Source: Stegostoma tigrinum (lineage: Eukaryota). Taken from it: a DNA stretch of 64,000 nt. Every line of letters begins with the position of its first letter. Within the stretch, counting starts at the first letter, position 1. The position numbers and the translations under genes were made by a program. This document shows, piece after piece, positions 50,795 through 62,386 of this stretch. Location of the stretch: contig NC_081367.1 of NCBI RefSeq assembly GCF_030684315.1, forward strand, positions 31,850,792-31,914,791, read 5' to 3'. Under the pieces are notes generated by a model that saw only the letters and a list, made by a program, of their open reading frames with translations, was not told the origin of the DNA and made no database searches.

Positions 50795-53593
50795 GAGAGT
50801 GTTCATTCTGATGTTTAAAAAGTGAAAAATATACTTCTGGTACCGCAAACTACAATTGGTTGCATCACACTGATGTGAAGATGCTGGCCAAGGTTGTAAC
50901 CAAGATTGCAATTCAAAAAATTCCACTCGCAAAGAATTGAAGTCAATACCACTTTGTGAGAGGAGTCAGAAGTCAGTACCTATTCACAACACCCCAGTGC
51001 AAATTCAGAGACAAAGAATTGATGGTAAATCAGAGAGATGGGGACCAGGAACTTTCATTGAATTTCATATATATTTGATCAGACATGCCTAGTCAGATTA
51101 AACAGTATCAGGAATCCATATAGTCGAAGAAAGCAGATTATAAGCAAGCAAAAAGAGATCAACTGAAAATTTATTTCATTTCTGTTTTTTATTTTGATCC
51201 TTAATGCTCTATAAATAGTCCATGACTTGACACAGCAAACCTAAACATATCTTGCTGACAACAGATGCTCTGAAATTTGCTACAGTACAAGAGAATAAAT
51301 GATGTGTCACGCATTATACTATGTCCATATTTTGATCAATAATAATTAAAATCATTCATATTAAAAACATTTCCACCCTAAAATTATATTTATCTAACAT
51401 TTTGTTTGTTGATTGTAATAGTAATGAAAAGGGCACAATTTTTTTTGGAAAAGAAAAGGATGATACTTGGTATTCATAATAACATTGCTCTGCTACACAG
51501 GTATGAACGGATAACAGCTGCTTTTTTGCCAATTGATCTAAGCAACATTCAGGCTTCATATGATGAGTGACAAGTAATATCAACACCATACAAGTGCTAA
51601 GCAATGAATTTAACCATCTCACATAACAATCAATGGCATTGCTATCTCTGAATACCTATTATGAAACTTTTGGGGCTTAACTTTACCAGCCTTGTAAATA
51701 GTATGGTGACAAGAGCAGGTTAAAGTCTAGAAATTTTTCAATAACATACTCATAAAGCCTATTATCTATAAAGAGTGTGACGAAATAGACTCCATTGTCC
51801 TGAATGTACGCAGCTCCAAATGTACTCAAAATGCTTGACACTATCTAGGCCAAAGCAGCCAATTTGATGGGCACCCCATACTTCATCTTAACTATTCATG
51901 TCCTCTGCCTCTAGTGACTGTGCCATGTATGAAGTATCCTTCAGCAATTCACCCAAGGCTCTCCCAAAAACACCTTCAAAACCTGAGACCTCTACTGCCT
52001 GGAAGAATAAGCATAGCAGATATATCGGAACATTATCACTTGCATGTTCCCCTCCAACCTGTACACCATTGCAACACGTGAGCAAATCACTGTCCTCCAC
52101 AGTAGCTGGTGAAGATCCCAGAATTGCTTTCCTAACAGCACCATGGATGTACCTACATCAGATGGACCATAGTGATTTGCAAGTTTGGTTCACTAGCAGC
52201 TTCTCAAGGGCAATAAATGGCCTTGTCAGCAATATCTGCATCCTATGAATGAATAAAATATTTGAATATTTCAGAAAAGATGGGCATGCTAAAGCTTTTG
52301 AATCTTGCATTCGTCAGGAGAAATACAGGACTGCATGGTAAGATTTAGCTGAGAGTTCAGACATCTTTTATTAACTTTGCAAAACAACACTACATAGAAA
52401 AAAATCATTGCTTGATTGGTAGATTTCTCTCATAGTTTTTTTTTATTCAATTGTTCAATGTTTATTTATGTGAGACAACATGTGTCAAGTGTTTGCAGTT
52501 TCCACAATGCATACTTTGAAATTCTGAGTGATTGGCATCTTTACAGGTAGTGGTAGAAACAGTATTTCCAGAAAGCAATGAATTAGTAACTGATATTTTT
52601 AGGGTTTTTTTTCACACATGACCTTGTTACTACAGGTTTAATTGGTTTTACACACAATGTACACTGTTGATTGGGGTCTTGGTCACTGCTTGGTCTAGAA
52701 GTTATGCAGGGTTATGAGCATGTGAATAAGGGCTTATAGGTAGACAGGGATCTACATACGGACATACATTGGTAGAGGGATTGGGGGTGTCATGAGTGAG
52801 ACCATTTGAACTTACCTTGCAAAAAGTTACAATATCCACAATGTGGTTCACAACATCTTGAAGGTTCAATGATTCAGAACTCCTTGAAAATACGCCTGAC
52901 TCCACAAAAACTGTGGAGGACTAGGACTCTAAGTGGAGCCAACCAGGATGGGAGTTCAGTGTGTCAATTTGCAATCTGCAACAACCCACCACTTTATACA
53001 ATTTGGACAAAAATGGAGGGCATTGGGAATAGGGGTTGACATACTGAAATTGGATCCTGTCTGTCTTTGAAGAGCAGAGAGATTCCACAGAAATCCAGCT
53101 TGAAATCAGTTTCCTCATTTAAATTATCTCCTTTGCTCATTTTGGCCTAGATTTCTCAAGAGACTGTTTAATATTATAATAAGAGCTTTCTCTACAGCTA
53201 TCTGATCATTTCTGTGGAGATTCCAGATACTAATGTCTATTTTGTTCAGATGTTCAGAACACTTCCTATGTAAAATGGCAAAACAAAGTAAATTGTCACT
53301 TATAGCTTTTAGGTACAACTGCATCGTCTTCTGGACCAATGGTTCCAACAGATAGTTTGCTAAAAGTTTAATGTTCTCAGGAAAACGGGCCTTACCATTT
53401 GGATTATAAAATGTGAAAAATAACTCCACTAAGATCATTCATAGTTGAGAAGCTATATAATATTTTTAGGGGAAATAACTGGCTTTAATGTTTTTACCCT
53501 GTGTATGGGAAATAACTTACATCAAAGGTTTAGCAATTATGATCAAACATTGTTCATTTGAGAAACAGATCATTAATTCACTATTGTTGTTTC

Positions 53594-53738
53594 CTATAAA
53601 ATGGTAGATTCAGAAGAATCTTTCATGTTTATTATTTTTCCAAGATTTCTTCTAACCACGTCCCATCTTATGTTTTGTGAATATCTCTGTGTGCTTATTC
53701 CAGCTCCTCCTTCTGTCTCAGGAAGAATTTCTTCAACC
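53594..53738 (-). CDS. TRPV6: TRPV5/6-like last coding exon, VEEILPETEGGAGISTQRYSQNIRWDVVRRNLGKIINMKDSSESTIL*
   Basis: tatatag acceptor, phase 2 matches the preceding exon; xVE start as in TRPV6 RVED; TAG stop at 53594-53596. Confidence 0.85.
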
Positions 53739-53828
53739 CTATATAAAAACACACTGTTTAGATAAAGGAAACACATTTATGACTTAGGTATGAATATGAA
53801 AAATCTTGAAATGTAATTTTCTAACTAC

Positions 53829-53938
53829 CCAATATACCACTTGTCATCATCAAAACCCAAAGATCTTCCTGGAACTCCTGAGCGAATCTTCAGAAATGCT
53901 GGCATTCGTTGCTCTAGAAGCAGTATGGTGGCTGCAAT
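53829..53938 (-). CDS. TRPV6: TRPV5/6-like exon, IAATILLLEQRMPAFLKIRSGVPGRSLGFDDDKWYI
   Basis: ttcccag / gtagtt splice sites; 110 nt, phase 0-2; resembles [21 protein letters not shown]...DRWFL. Confidence 0.92.
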
Positions 53939-54338
53939 CTGGGAAGGAAAACTGATAAGTAATAACTAAGAAAAAGCATCGCACTGCAAGTTAATCCAAA
54001 CGCTTTGTAGAGATTTTTAGAGGTATACTAGCACAGCGATTGGGGACAAAATACTCCTGATTAACCATGCAGAAAATATGAGCTAGCGTTTCTCCTACTG
54101 TTTAAATAATTCTGATTTTGTGTGCCAAGTTACTGCAGTCTTGAAGAGATGTGTTTCATCATATCACCTATACAGCCAAAAAATGATAGCATTTACTGCA
54201 AAGGTAGTATATTCCAGAAGCAGGTAGAACCATGTCTCAGTATGAATTGTATTATCTCCATTCTCATCACATTATCTGCTTGTCCTTCATTTAAATTGTT
54301 GTGGCGAACAAACTACGTTAAAAGAAAGCAGAGTTTAC

Positions 54339-54607
54339 CTGTATTTTCCATAATTCCTCTGTCTCTGGTGCAATTCTCCAGTATGTATCATCCATCATTG
54401 CAATCAACAGATTTAGCAGCAGGAGATATACAAACAGCATAAACATGACATAGGCAATATAGATGTTGTTGGGAGTGGGCTTGTTATAAGGAAGAGGAAT
54501 ATCCATCAATCCCATCATCAGCTCAAATATGGTGCGCAATGTCATTGAAAAATCCCTAAAATATGGATAATCTGCCAAATTCAGAGTCTGAAACATCAGG
54601 TAAAATG
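54339..54607 (-). CDS. TRPV6: TRPV5/6-like exon (pore helix, selectivity filter, S6, TRP box)
   Basis: ttctag / gtaaac splice sites; 269 nt, phase 1-0; AFYLMFQT...TIFELMMGLMDIP...LLNLLIAMMDDTYWRIA...EELWKIQ (ORF 54318..54680). Confidence 0.96.
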
Positions 54608-55214
54608 CTAGAAGAAAGAAATGAAACCCAAAGTCATTTGAAAAAGTATGGAGCGTATCAATTAAAACTTCCACAAGCATTGCAGTATCCTAAAAGTTAT
54701 TTTATTTATTCTTTTAGAACTGTGTATTGATTGCAGTAAGATATACCGAGGATCAACATTAATTAAAACTAGACTCAGATTACTTTGTCATGTACGTACC
54801 TAAAGTCAAAGTACTGATGATAGTAACTAACATCACATCATGTATATTTTAACATTTCAAGCAAAGATTCAAGAAAAAAATTAGTGGGAACATAAAAATA
54901 CACAATGGAAAATAGTTTATTATCAAAATTGGTTCAGGAGAGCAAGTGCTCCTCCCATCTCCACAATGTGGCTATGAGAGCATTATAATGAGCAAGCATT
55001 GGAGATGTGCATCTAAATCTGCAACTAAAATGACTATTCTTTTTAAATACAGAAGGTTGATGTACAGAGGAGCATTCATTCTCCTATTCTAAACTACTTC
55101 TTCACCAGCAGCAAAACTTTAACTTATAAAGCTAGACCAAAACATTTTCTCGCTGATATACTATTTTTATTAGAAAAAGTTACAAATGGATATTTATTCA
55201 GATGAAACACATAC

Positions 55215-55281
55215 CAAAGGTAAATCCAATAATACAGATAAACACCAGACAGCACCAATGCATAAAATCTCCAAATATTAG
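55215..55281 (-). CDS. TRPV6: TRPV5/6-like exon (S5), LIFGDFMHWCCLVFICIIGFTF
   Basis: ttacag / gtatgt splice sites; 67 nt, phase 0-1; resembles [22 protein letters not shown]; not the frame shown in the ORF track. Confidence 0.92.
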
Positions 55282-57249
55282 CTGTAAGGAAATGAAGGTA
55301 CACAAATATGTTACTTGGGTAAAATTGCTGTGTTTCTCTCAGCATCGAAGATGGCTGAGTGCATTTAAATAATTAAGAATGCAAGAATAAATGATACATA
55401 TGTAAACTGATACTCTAAATGCATTCTCTTCATCGCCAAAGAAGAGCATACTTACCTATTCTCACCAGTAATGAAAGTATTAGGTAAACAAATTTACAAA
55501 AATTGAAGTGCACCAACACAATGCCTTGAATGGAACTCTTAGGTCTCACTACATATTCTTAGAAATATATTGTTTCAACAATAAGTTTGTTAAGTGCAGT
55601 TTGTCAATACTTTTCTAGCAGATAAAAATAAAATTTGATCTTTGCTTGAATTTGCAACAATTCACAACGTTTATGGAATTAATTTTACTACTGGTGATAA
55701 AGGGAACATTGCTCACCACCAGTGAGCATTGATTCAAATTGGCGGACATGTTTCTATCTCCGTGTTTCTGATTCACACCATTCCTCCTCTTGCCCCAAAG
55801 AAACGGTGGTCAAGCATGATTTTGAGGGCTTAGAAAATTGATCAAATGAAAATTTCCTTTGAAGGTACTTCCCTGTTTCCTTCTTTAGAGACTGCCATAT
55901 ATTTATTTCAGTACCATGATCACTTTAGGGTTCCTATCACATCATGCAAAGTGCCTCTGTCCTTAGCTTTTTAGCAGAAGAAAAACTTCAGTTGAGTTTT
56001 TATTGATTTTTATTGGCTTTTATTGCCATTGGATAAAATCAAATCAATGAATTTCAAGAATTGATTCCTACCTCCTGCTTGGTTGAGCATCATGTTTCTA
56101 ACATGTGGCCCATGCCAGATGAGAAAAGTTCCCAGAATGGTAAACAAAATAAAACAAAATAAATAAAATGATTGCTTCAGTCAACCTTGTGGTTCTTTTT
56201 TAGAGAAGGGATTTCACAATAAATTAAAGGAAAATATTATTTTCCAGGAATAACATAGGGTGCTAAATAACTGCTGTCGGCTTGCTTCCATTCGTACAAG
56301 TTATCTTTCAAGAACAACACAGTTGGGGGCTCAAGCCAAACTACAGCATTTGCTAATAAGGGCATGTGACATTCTCTAATATGCTAACCTTTGGATCAAC
56401 TCAAGGATCTCCACAGTTGGATATATTTTTATTAAACTGTCTTTAAACTCCCGTAACCCTATTTCAAAGTAGGGCAAAACAGCTTTCTGCACTGTCCTAG
56501 CCAATATTAGTCCCTCAATGATTAAAAAGCAGATTATCTGGTTCCTACCACATTGTTGCTTGTAGGAACCATGTACAAACTGGCTGCCATGATTCTTATA
56601 TTACAATAGTGGCCACACTTCAGAAATATTTAGATACACTGAAATTGTGAAAACTGTTACATAAACACAAGTTGTTTATAGACAGCTGTATGCATCTTTA
56701 AGTATTAGACAGTGTCGAGTTTGAACCAGTAAGAATAACTTAGAACAGTGAATTCAATATCAAAAGAAGTAAGGATCAAAGCAATGAAAGAGAAAGAGTG
56801 AATGGATTAAGCAAGCATGAGAAAAAATGCAAATATAAATTTCTGTCATTAAAATATGGTGAATGGGAGTCACTTTTAATAATTAATTTACAACACTAGA
56901 CAGGTTGTTCAGCTATAATTAAGACTTATTACAACAATAGAAGACTTGTTTAAACTAAAATGGACAAATCCTAACTTTCAGGCAAATTTAATTCATAGCT
57001 ATCACTGAATTGCAGGAATGTCACACTGTTTGAGGGGCTGTTTTTGAGAATCTAAAACAAAATGATATATCTCAGACAAAGTTTAAGCTTTTTAAGAATT
57101 TCCCTTCTCTTGTCTGAAGTTGTTGTATACTTTGAATATGCTTATTGGTGAGGGCTGTTAACATTACCATAACTTTGACCATAAACTCTGACCCATTAGG
57201 TTATAGCTCCTAACAGACTTTATTAAATGGCTTCAGCCTGTTTTCTTAC

Positions 57250-57415
57250 CTTTTGTATAATAATAGAAAATTTCCCGAACGTTTTAAAACCTCTGGCAAA
57301 ATAGATGGTGTTGCACCACCCAATGATCAAAGCAAAGGAGATTGGAACTGCTTCTCCAGCATCAGCATGGATTCTCATGATAACAGCCACAGCAATTAAC
57401 AGGGAGTAACAAACC
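57250..57415 (-). CDS. TRPV6: TRPV5/6-like exon (S3-S4, S4-S5 linker), VCYSLLIAVAVIMRIHADAGEAVPISFALIIGWCNTIYFARGFKTFGKFSIIIQK
   Basis: ccag / gtaaga splice sites; 166 nt, phase 2-0; FAL..GWCN..YFARGF signature (ORF 57223..57450). Confidence 0.95.
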
Positions 57416-59131
57416 CTGGAGCAATGGGAAGATGCATCATGATCAATCACAAAGTCAAACTTGGGTGGGTAATTTAATCATTTTATATAGATATAATTTT
57501 ACAAAAATTAGCAGTAGTCTTCCCACCTATCTTTTCAAAATTTATAATGCTTGAGCATGGAAACAATAAAAGATATAAATCATGGAAAAGCATGAAACAT
57601 CATATATATCTGTTCAATATGGAATCATTATAGGTATTCTGCCTTGGCTCATTAGCATTACTTCACTGAGTATGTGTTGTGGATTCAACATCACTGTAAT
57701 GCAGCAGAAGGAAGCCCTGCACTGTGAAAGATATTGTCTTTTCAGTGAGACATTCAAATAATATTGTTACTGCTCTTTCAATTGGACAAAGGGGAGGAGG
57801 TGCTTTCTAAAGTCCTGGCCAACACTTACCCATCAATCAACAACAATAAAATTGCTTCACTAATTACCAAACATTTTTTTCACTCTACTCTTTATGGTGC
57901 TTCCATGTAAATTGGTTGTTGTTTTCCTGCATTGTAACACAGACTATGGGACAAAGTTAACATAATTGACATGGTTTAAACACACTGGTTAGTGAATAGT
58001 GGGAAACCTGCATTGCTTCTGACCAGATTAAGTGTTTATCCAGAGATAATGGGATAAGTGTTTATCCAGCCAAGTCTTCCCCAACTAGTCAGGATCCTGA
58101 GTGAATAGTGGCTACTGCAGATACTGCACACAGTGAGAGACCAAGAATCACTGAGGGGCACAGACTAGAAGGTGGAAAAGGACAGGGTGACAGGGTTCCA
58201 GGGGAGCATGTAGGGAACTCAGAGGTAAGGTCGGGGCAAGGCTTTCAGCACCCACATGCTCCCCCAGGTACCCCAACCGGGCGCTAGCTGAGTCATGTAA
58301 GATGGACCTCTCCTCTTCTGGACATTGAGGAAAGTTGTGGCACTGTCATATAAATCATGAGTCACCACCACATTTTGGTGCGCTCGGGGATAATGGCTTA
58401 ATAATGAGCCAAAATGTCAACTCGCCATGCGCTTAATCATGCTGAGAGGCTGATGAGTGGCCTCTTTCACAATTAAGTGGATCAACTGCCAATGACATGC
58501 CACTTTAAACTCAACTCTACACCTCTAAAATAATTAACCAACTGTGACATTCTTTGAGATTTGTTGTAGCTATGAAAGCTGCTATATAAATGCAAGTTCT
58601 TCTTGCTATTCAAATTTATATAACGTCCAATTGCCGACTACCTACATGGGATTCAAATAAAACTTGATCAGTCATGCAGTAGTCTGCAAAATTATTTTAC
58701 TCTGTTAACAATTCAACTTTCACTATTTTATGATTGATTAAATCTACATGTAAGGTCAGACTTGAGCGGTATACTAGGTTAACAAGATGTTTAGCTGTTT
58801 CTGGGTTTCAAGCCATTTATGACATTTGAATTACAGGAAATCTCAAATTAGTTGTAATTTGAAATGTGTACATTCCATAAAATTACAAATAATTGATACC
58901 TGCCTGTATTTCATTGGTTTTGAATTGCTTTGAGTAAGCCTAAGCTTGTGAGCCAGCAATCAAAATTTACCATTTTTTTTCCTCGATCATATTGGAAATA
59001 TATGTCAAATCAGTGGAGTTACTGTCTAAAGTATAAAAACACACTACTGGGACAAATTGTGATGCACTTGCAAAGTTAGAATCAAAGGATTTGTTAGGAC
59101 AGAGTAATGGGAACATGGCTGCTTACTTACC

Positions 59132-59443
59132 GAATAGAATAGAATCTCTACAGTGTGGAAACAGGCCTCTTGGCCCAACAAGTCCACACCAACCCTCAGA
59201 GGTTCTCACCCAGACCCATTCCCCCATAGCCCACCTAATCTGCACAACCCTGAACACTATGGGTGATTTAGCATGGCCAATCCACCTAGCCTGTACATCT
59301 TTGGACTGTGGGAGGAAACCAGAGCACCTGGAGGAAACCCATACAGACATAGGGAGAATGTGCAAACTCCAAAAAGGCAGTCACCCAAGGGTCCCTGGTG
59401 CTGTGAGGCAGCAATGCAAACCACTGAGCCACCGTGCACTATC
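59132..59443 (-). mobile_element. HE1-like SINE in a TRPV intron
   Basis: Reverse complement GCACGGTGGCTCAGTGG...; (ATTCT)n tail; B-box region partly deleted. Confidence 0.87.
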
Positions 59444-59688
59444 TTGGCGCCAAAGATATCCAAATTTCCAGGGCTGTCATCCACCACTTTTACAGAGGGC
59501 TCAAGCAATATATACACAAAAAAAGCTAAACACAAATACACGCTACATGTTTAAATTGCATGAAGATAATGAAAGTAAAGAACGAGAAAAAGTCATTTGG
59601 CCCAAAAATGCACTTGTACTTGATATTTTCAGCCTTTGAATTCTAAAGTCCAAGTTAGTTTCCCACAATTTCTTTAGGTATATTAAGC

Positions 59689-61516
59689 TTCTTTAGGTAT
59701 ATAAAGGGCACAAGAGAAGCAAAAGTGGATATTAGACCACTGGAAAATGACAGTGGAGAGATGGTAGTGAGGAACAAGGAAATGGCTGAGGAACTGAATA
59801 ATTACTTTGTGTCAGTCTTCACGGTGAAAGACATGAGTGGAATCCTGAAAAATTGAGAGAGTCTGGGAGCAGAGCTGAGTATAGAGGCTATCACAAGAGA
59901 AAAAGTGCCAGTAAAACTGATTGGCCTGAAGGTGGTGGAATCACCTGGGCTAGATGGACTACACCCCAGAGTTCTAAACGAGATAGCTGAAGAGATAATG
60001 GAAGCGTTAGTGGTGATCTTTCAGGAATAAGCTACAGTCACGGAGGGTCACAGACAACTGGAATATCGCTAATGTGACACTCCTGTTTAAAAAGGGAGTA
60101 AGACAAAAGGTAGAAAATTAAAGGCCAATTAGCCTAACTTCAGTCATGGGTAAGATCTGAGTCCATTGTAAAGACGAGATTTCTGAATATTTGGAAATGT
60201 ATAGTAAAATAGGGCAAAATCAGCATCGTTTCATCGAGGGGAGGTCATGCCTGACAAATCTGTTAGAATTCTTTGAGGAAGTAATGAGCAGGGTGGACTA
60301 AGAACAGCCAATGGATGTTATCTACCTGGACTTCAAGAAGGCCTTTGATAAGGTGCCGCACATGAGGCTGCTGAGTAAGATAAGGGCCCATGGTGTTAGA
60401 GGCAAGGTGCTAGCATGGATAGATGATTGGCTGTCTGGCAGAAAGCAGAGAATGAGGATAAAGGGGTCTTTCTCAGGATGGCAGCCAGTGACAAGTGGTG
60501 TTCTGCAAGGTTCAATGTTGGGACCACAAATTTTCACTTTGTACATTAATGATCTAGATGAAGGAACTGTGGGCATTCTGGCTAAGTTTGCAGATGATAC
60601 AAAGATAGGTGGAGGGTCAGGTAGTATTGAGGAGGTGGTGAGGCTGCAGAAGGATTTGGACAGGTTAGGAGAGTGGGCAAAGAAGTGGCAGATGGAGTAC
60701 AACATGGCAAAGTGTGAGGACTTCACTTTGGTAAGAAGAATAAAAATGTGGACTATTTTCTAAATGGGGAGAAAATTCAGAAGTCTGAAGTGCAAAGAAG
60801 CTTAGGAGTTCTAGTCCAGGATTCTCTGAAGGTAAACTTACAGGTTGAGTCAGTAGTCAGGAAGGCAAGTGAAATGTTGGCATTCATTTTAAAATGACTT
60901 GAATATAAAAGCAGGGAGGTACTACTGAGGCTTTATGAGGCTGTGGTCAGGCCACATTTAGAGTATTGTATGCAGTTTTGGGCCCCATATCTCAGGAAGG
61001 GTGTACTAGCTATGGAGTGGGTTCGGACGAGATTCACAAGAATGGTCCCAGGAATAGAAAGCTTAATATATGAGGCACGTTTGAGGACTCTGGATCTATA
61101 CTCATTGGAGGTTAGAAGGATGAGGAGAGATCTAATTGAAACTTTTAGAATCATGAATGGTCTGAACAAAATGGATGTTGGAACTTGCCTCCATTGGTAG
61201 GAGAGTCTACGACCCGAGGACACAGCCTTAGAGTAAAGGGAAGACCTTTTAGAACTGAGATAAGCAGAAACTTCTACAGCCAGAGAGTAGTGAATTTATT
61301 GAATTTACTGACACAGAAGGCTGTGGAGGCCAGGTCAGTGAGTATATTTAAGATTGAGATAGATAAGTTCTTGATTATCAAGGGGATCCAGGGTTACGGG
61401 GACACAGCAGGAGAATGGGGCTGAGGAACTTATCAGCCATGATTGAATGGTGGAGCAGACTCGATGGGCCAAACCGCCTAATTTTTTCTCCTATGTGTTA
61501 TGGTCTTACGGTCTTA
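59689..61516 (+). mobile_element. 5'-truncated CR1 LINE in a TRPV intron (antisense to the gene)
   Basis: ORFs 60311, 60943 and 61185 (YLDFKKAFDKV, KFADDTK, VRPHLEYC) with frameshifts; TATGGTCT-like tail. Confidence 0.94.
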
Positions 61517-62115
61517 ATGTTACCTAATGCACTATGCCGAACATTTACTATCTTTTAAATGAAGACATTCGCTCTAATATCTTAGAATGATTTCCTTTTC
61601 GCTAGTTTGTCCTCAGGTCCGCTGATATTATCCTACCTTATTGCAAAGTAGGATTGAATTTACTAAAGGCCATCTATTATTTATGTTGTTGTTCACGTAA
61701 CTCTGTCAGTATCCATTAAGCAATTTTAAGTTGTGGTAATTTTTTATGCCTTCTTCATAGCTCAAGCTACCACAGTTGGAAATATTTTTGTCGTTTTCTC
61801 TGCAATACCTCAAAGCATTTATCAGCGTGCTGTACTAAGTAGTTATTAGGTTCCAGTCAGAAATAAAGAACATGTGAACACATTTTTTTTATTGTAAGTC
61901 ATCAGAGAGATTTAATTCCATATGCACTATGTAAAAGTCTAGATTTTACCAATTTCCTAAATGGTCTCCAAACATAAGCATAAAGCTCATAATTTGTATG
62001 CTCAGTATGTCTCACACTTGTGTTCATCCGTGCAGTCAGCAATTATTATTTTTTGACATACATTGTAATAGATTGTTACAAAGAAGAGGGTGAAAATGAA
62101 TGGTTACATGCTTAC

Positions 62116-62192
62116 AGTAATAGTGGAAAAGGTCCTCCAATTGATGTATTCCCAAAGTAATTTTTTGGACCTATCTTATATAAATACAGGAT
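62116..62192 (-). CDS. TRPV6: TRPV5/6-like exon, ILYLYKIGPKNYFGNTSIGGPFPLL
   Basis: tttcag / gtaagc splice sites; 77 nt, phase 0-2; carries the GGPF motif of the TRPV5/6 S2-S3 linker. Confidence 0.92.
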
Positions 62193-62299
62193 CTGAAACA
62201 AAAATAAAAGTTACATTATACAGTATGTACGTTTTTCAACAAATGGACGAGTTCTTACTTTAGGTTTGTAACTGAGTTACATAATGCTTCTCAACTTAC

Positions 62300-62386
62300 C
62301 TCACTGATGAGTATTACCAATGCTCCTACGATAGTTATTAGCTCACCCAGGAGTCTCAAGTAGTCTTCCTTTGTTTGGTAAGATTC
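62300..62386 (-). CDS. TRPV6: TRPV5/6-like calcium channel, coding exon (S2 region), ESYQTKEDYLRLLGELITIVGALVILISE
   Basis: ttttag acceptor and gtaagt donor; 87 nt, phase 0-0; resembles TRPV6 [29 protein letters not shown]. Exact paralog identity uncertain; upstream exons lie beyond the window. Confidence 0.92.

Noticed and set aside
55710-55728. Small hairpin TGCTCAC-CACCA-GTGAGCA
   Set aside because: A 7-bp stem is expected by chance in 64 kb.
59091-59639. 182-aa ORF (likewise 22614..22940, 13934..14306, 38622..39007)
   Set aside because: Read-through of HE1-like SINE sequence.
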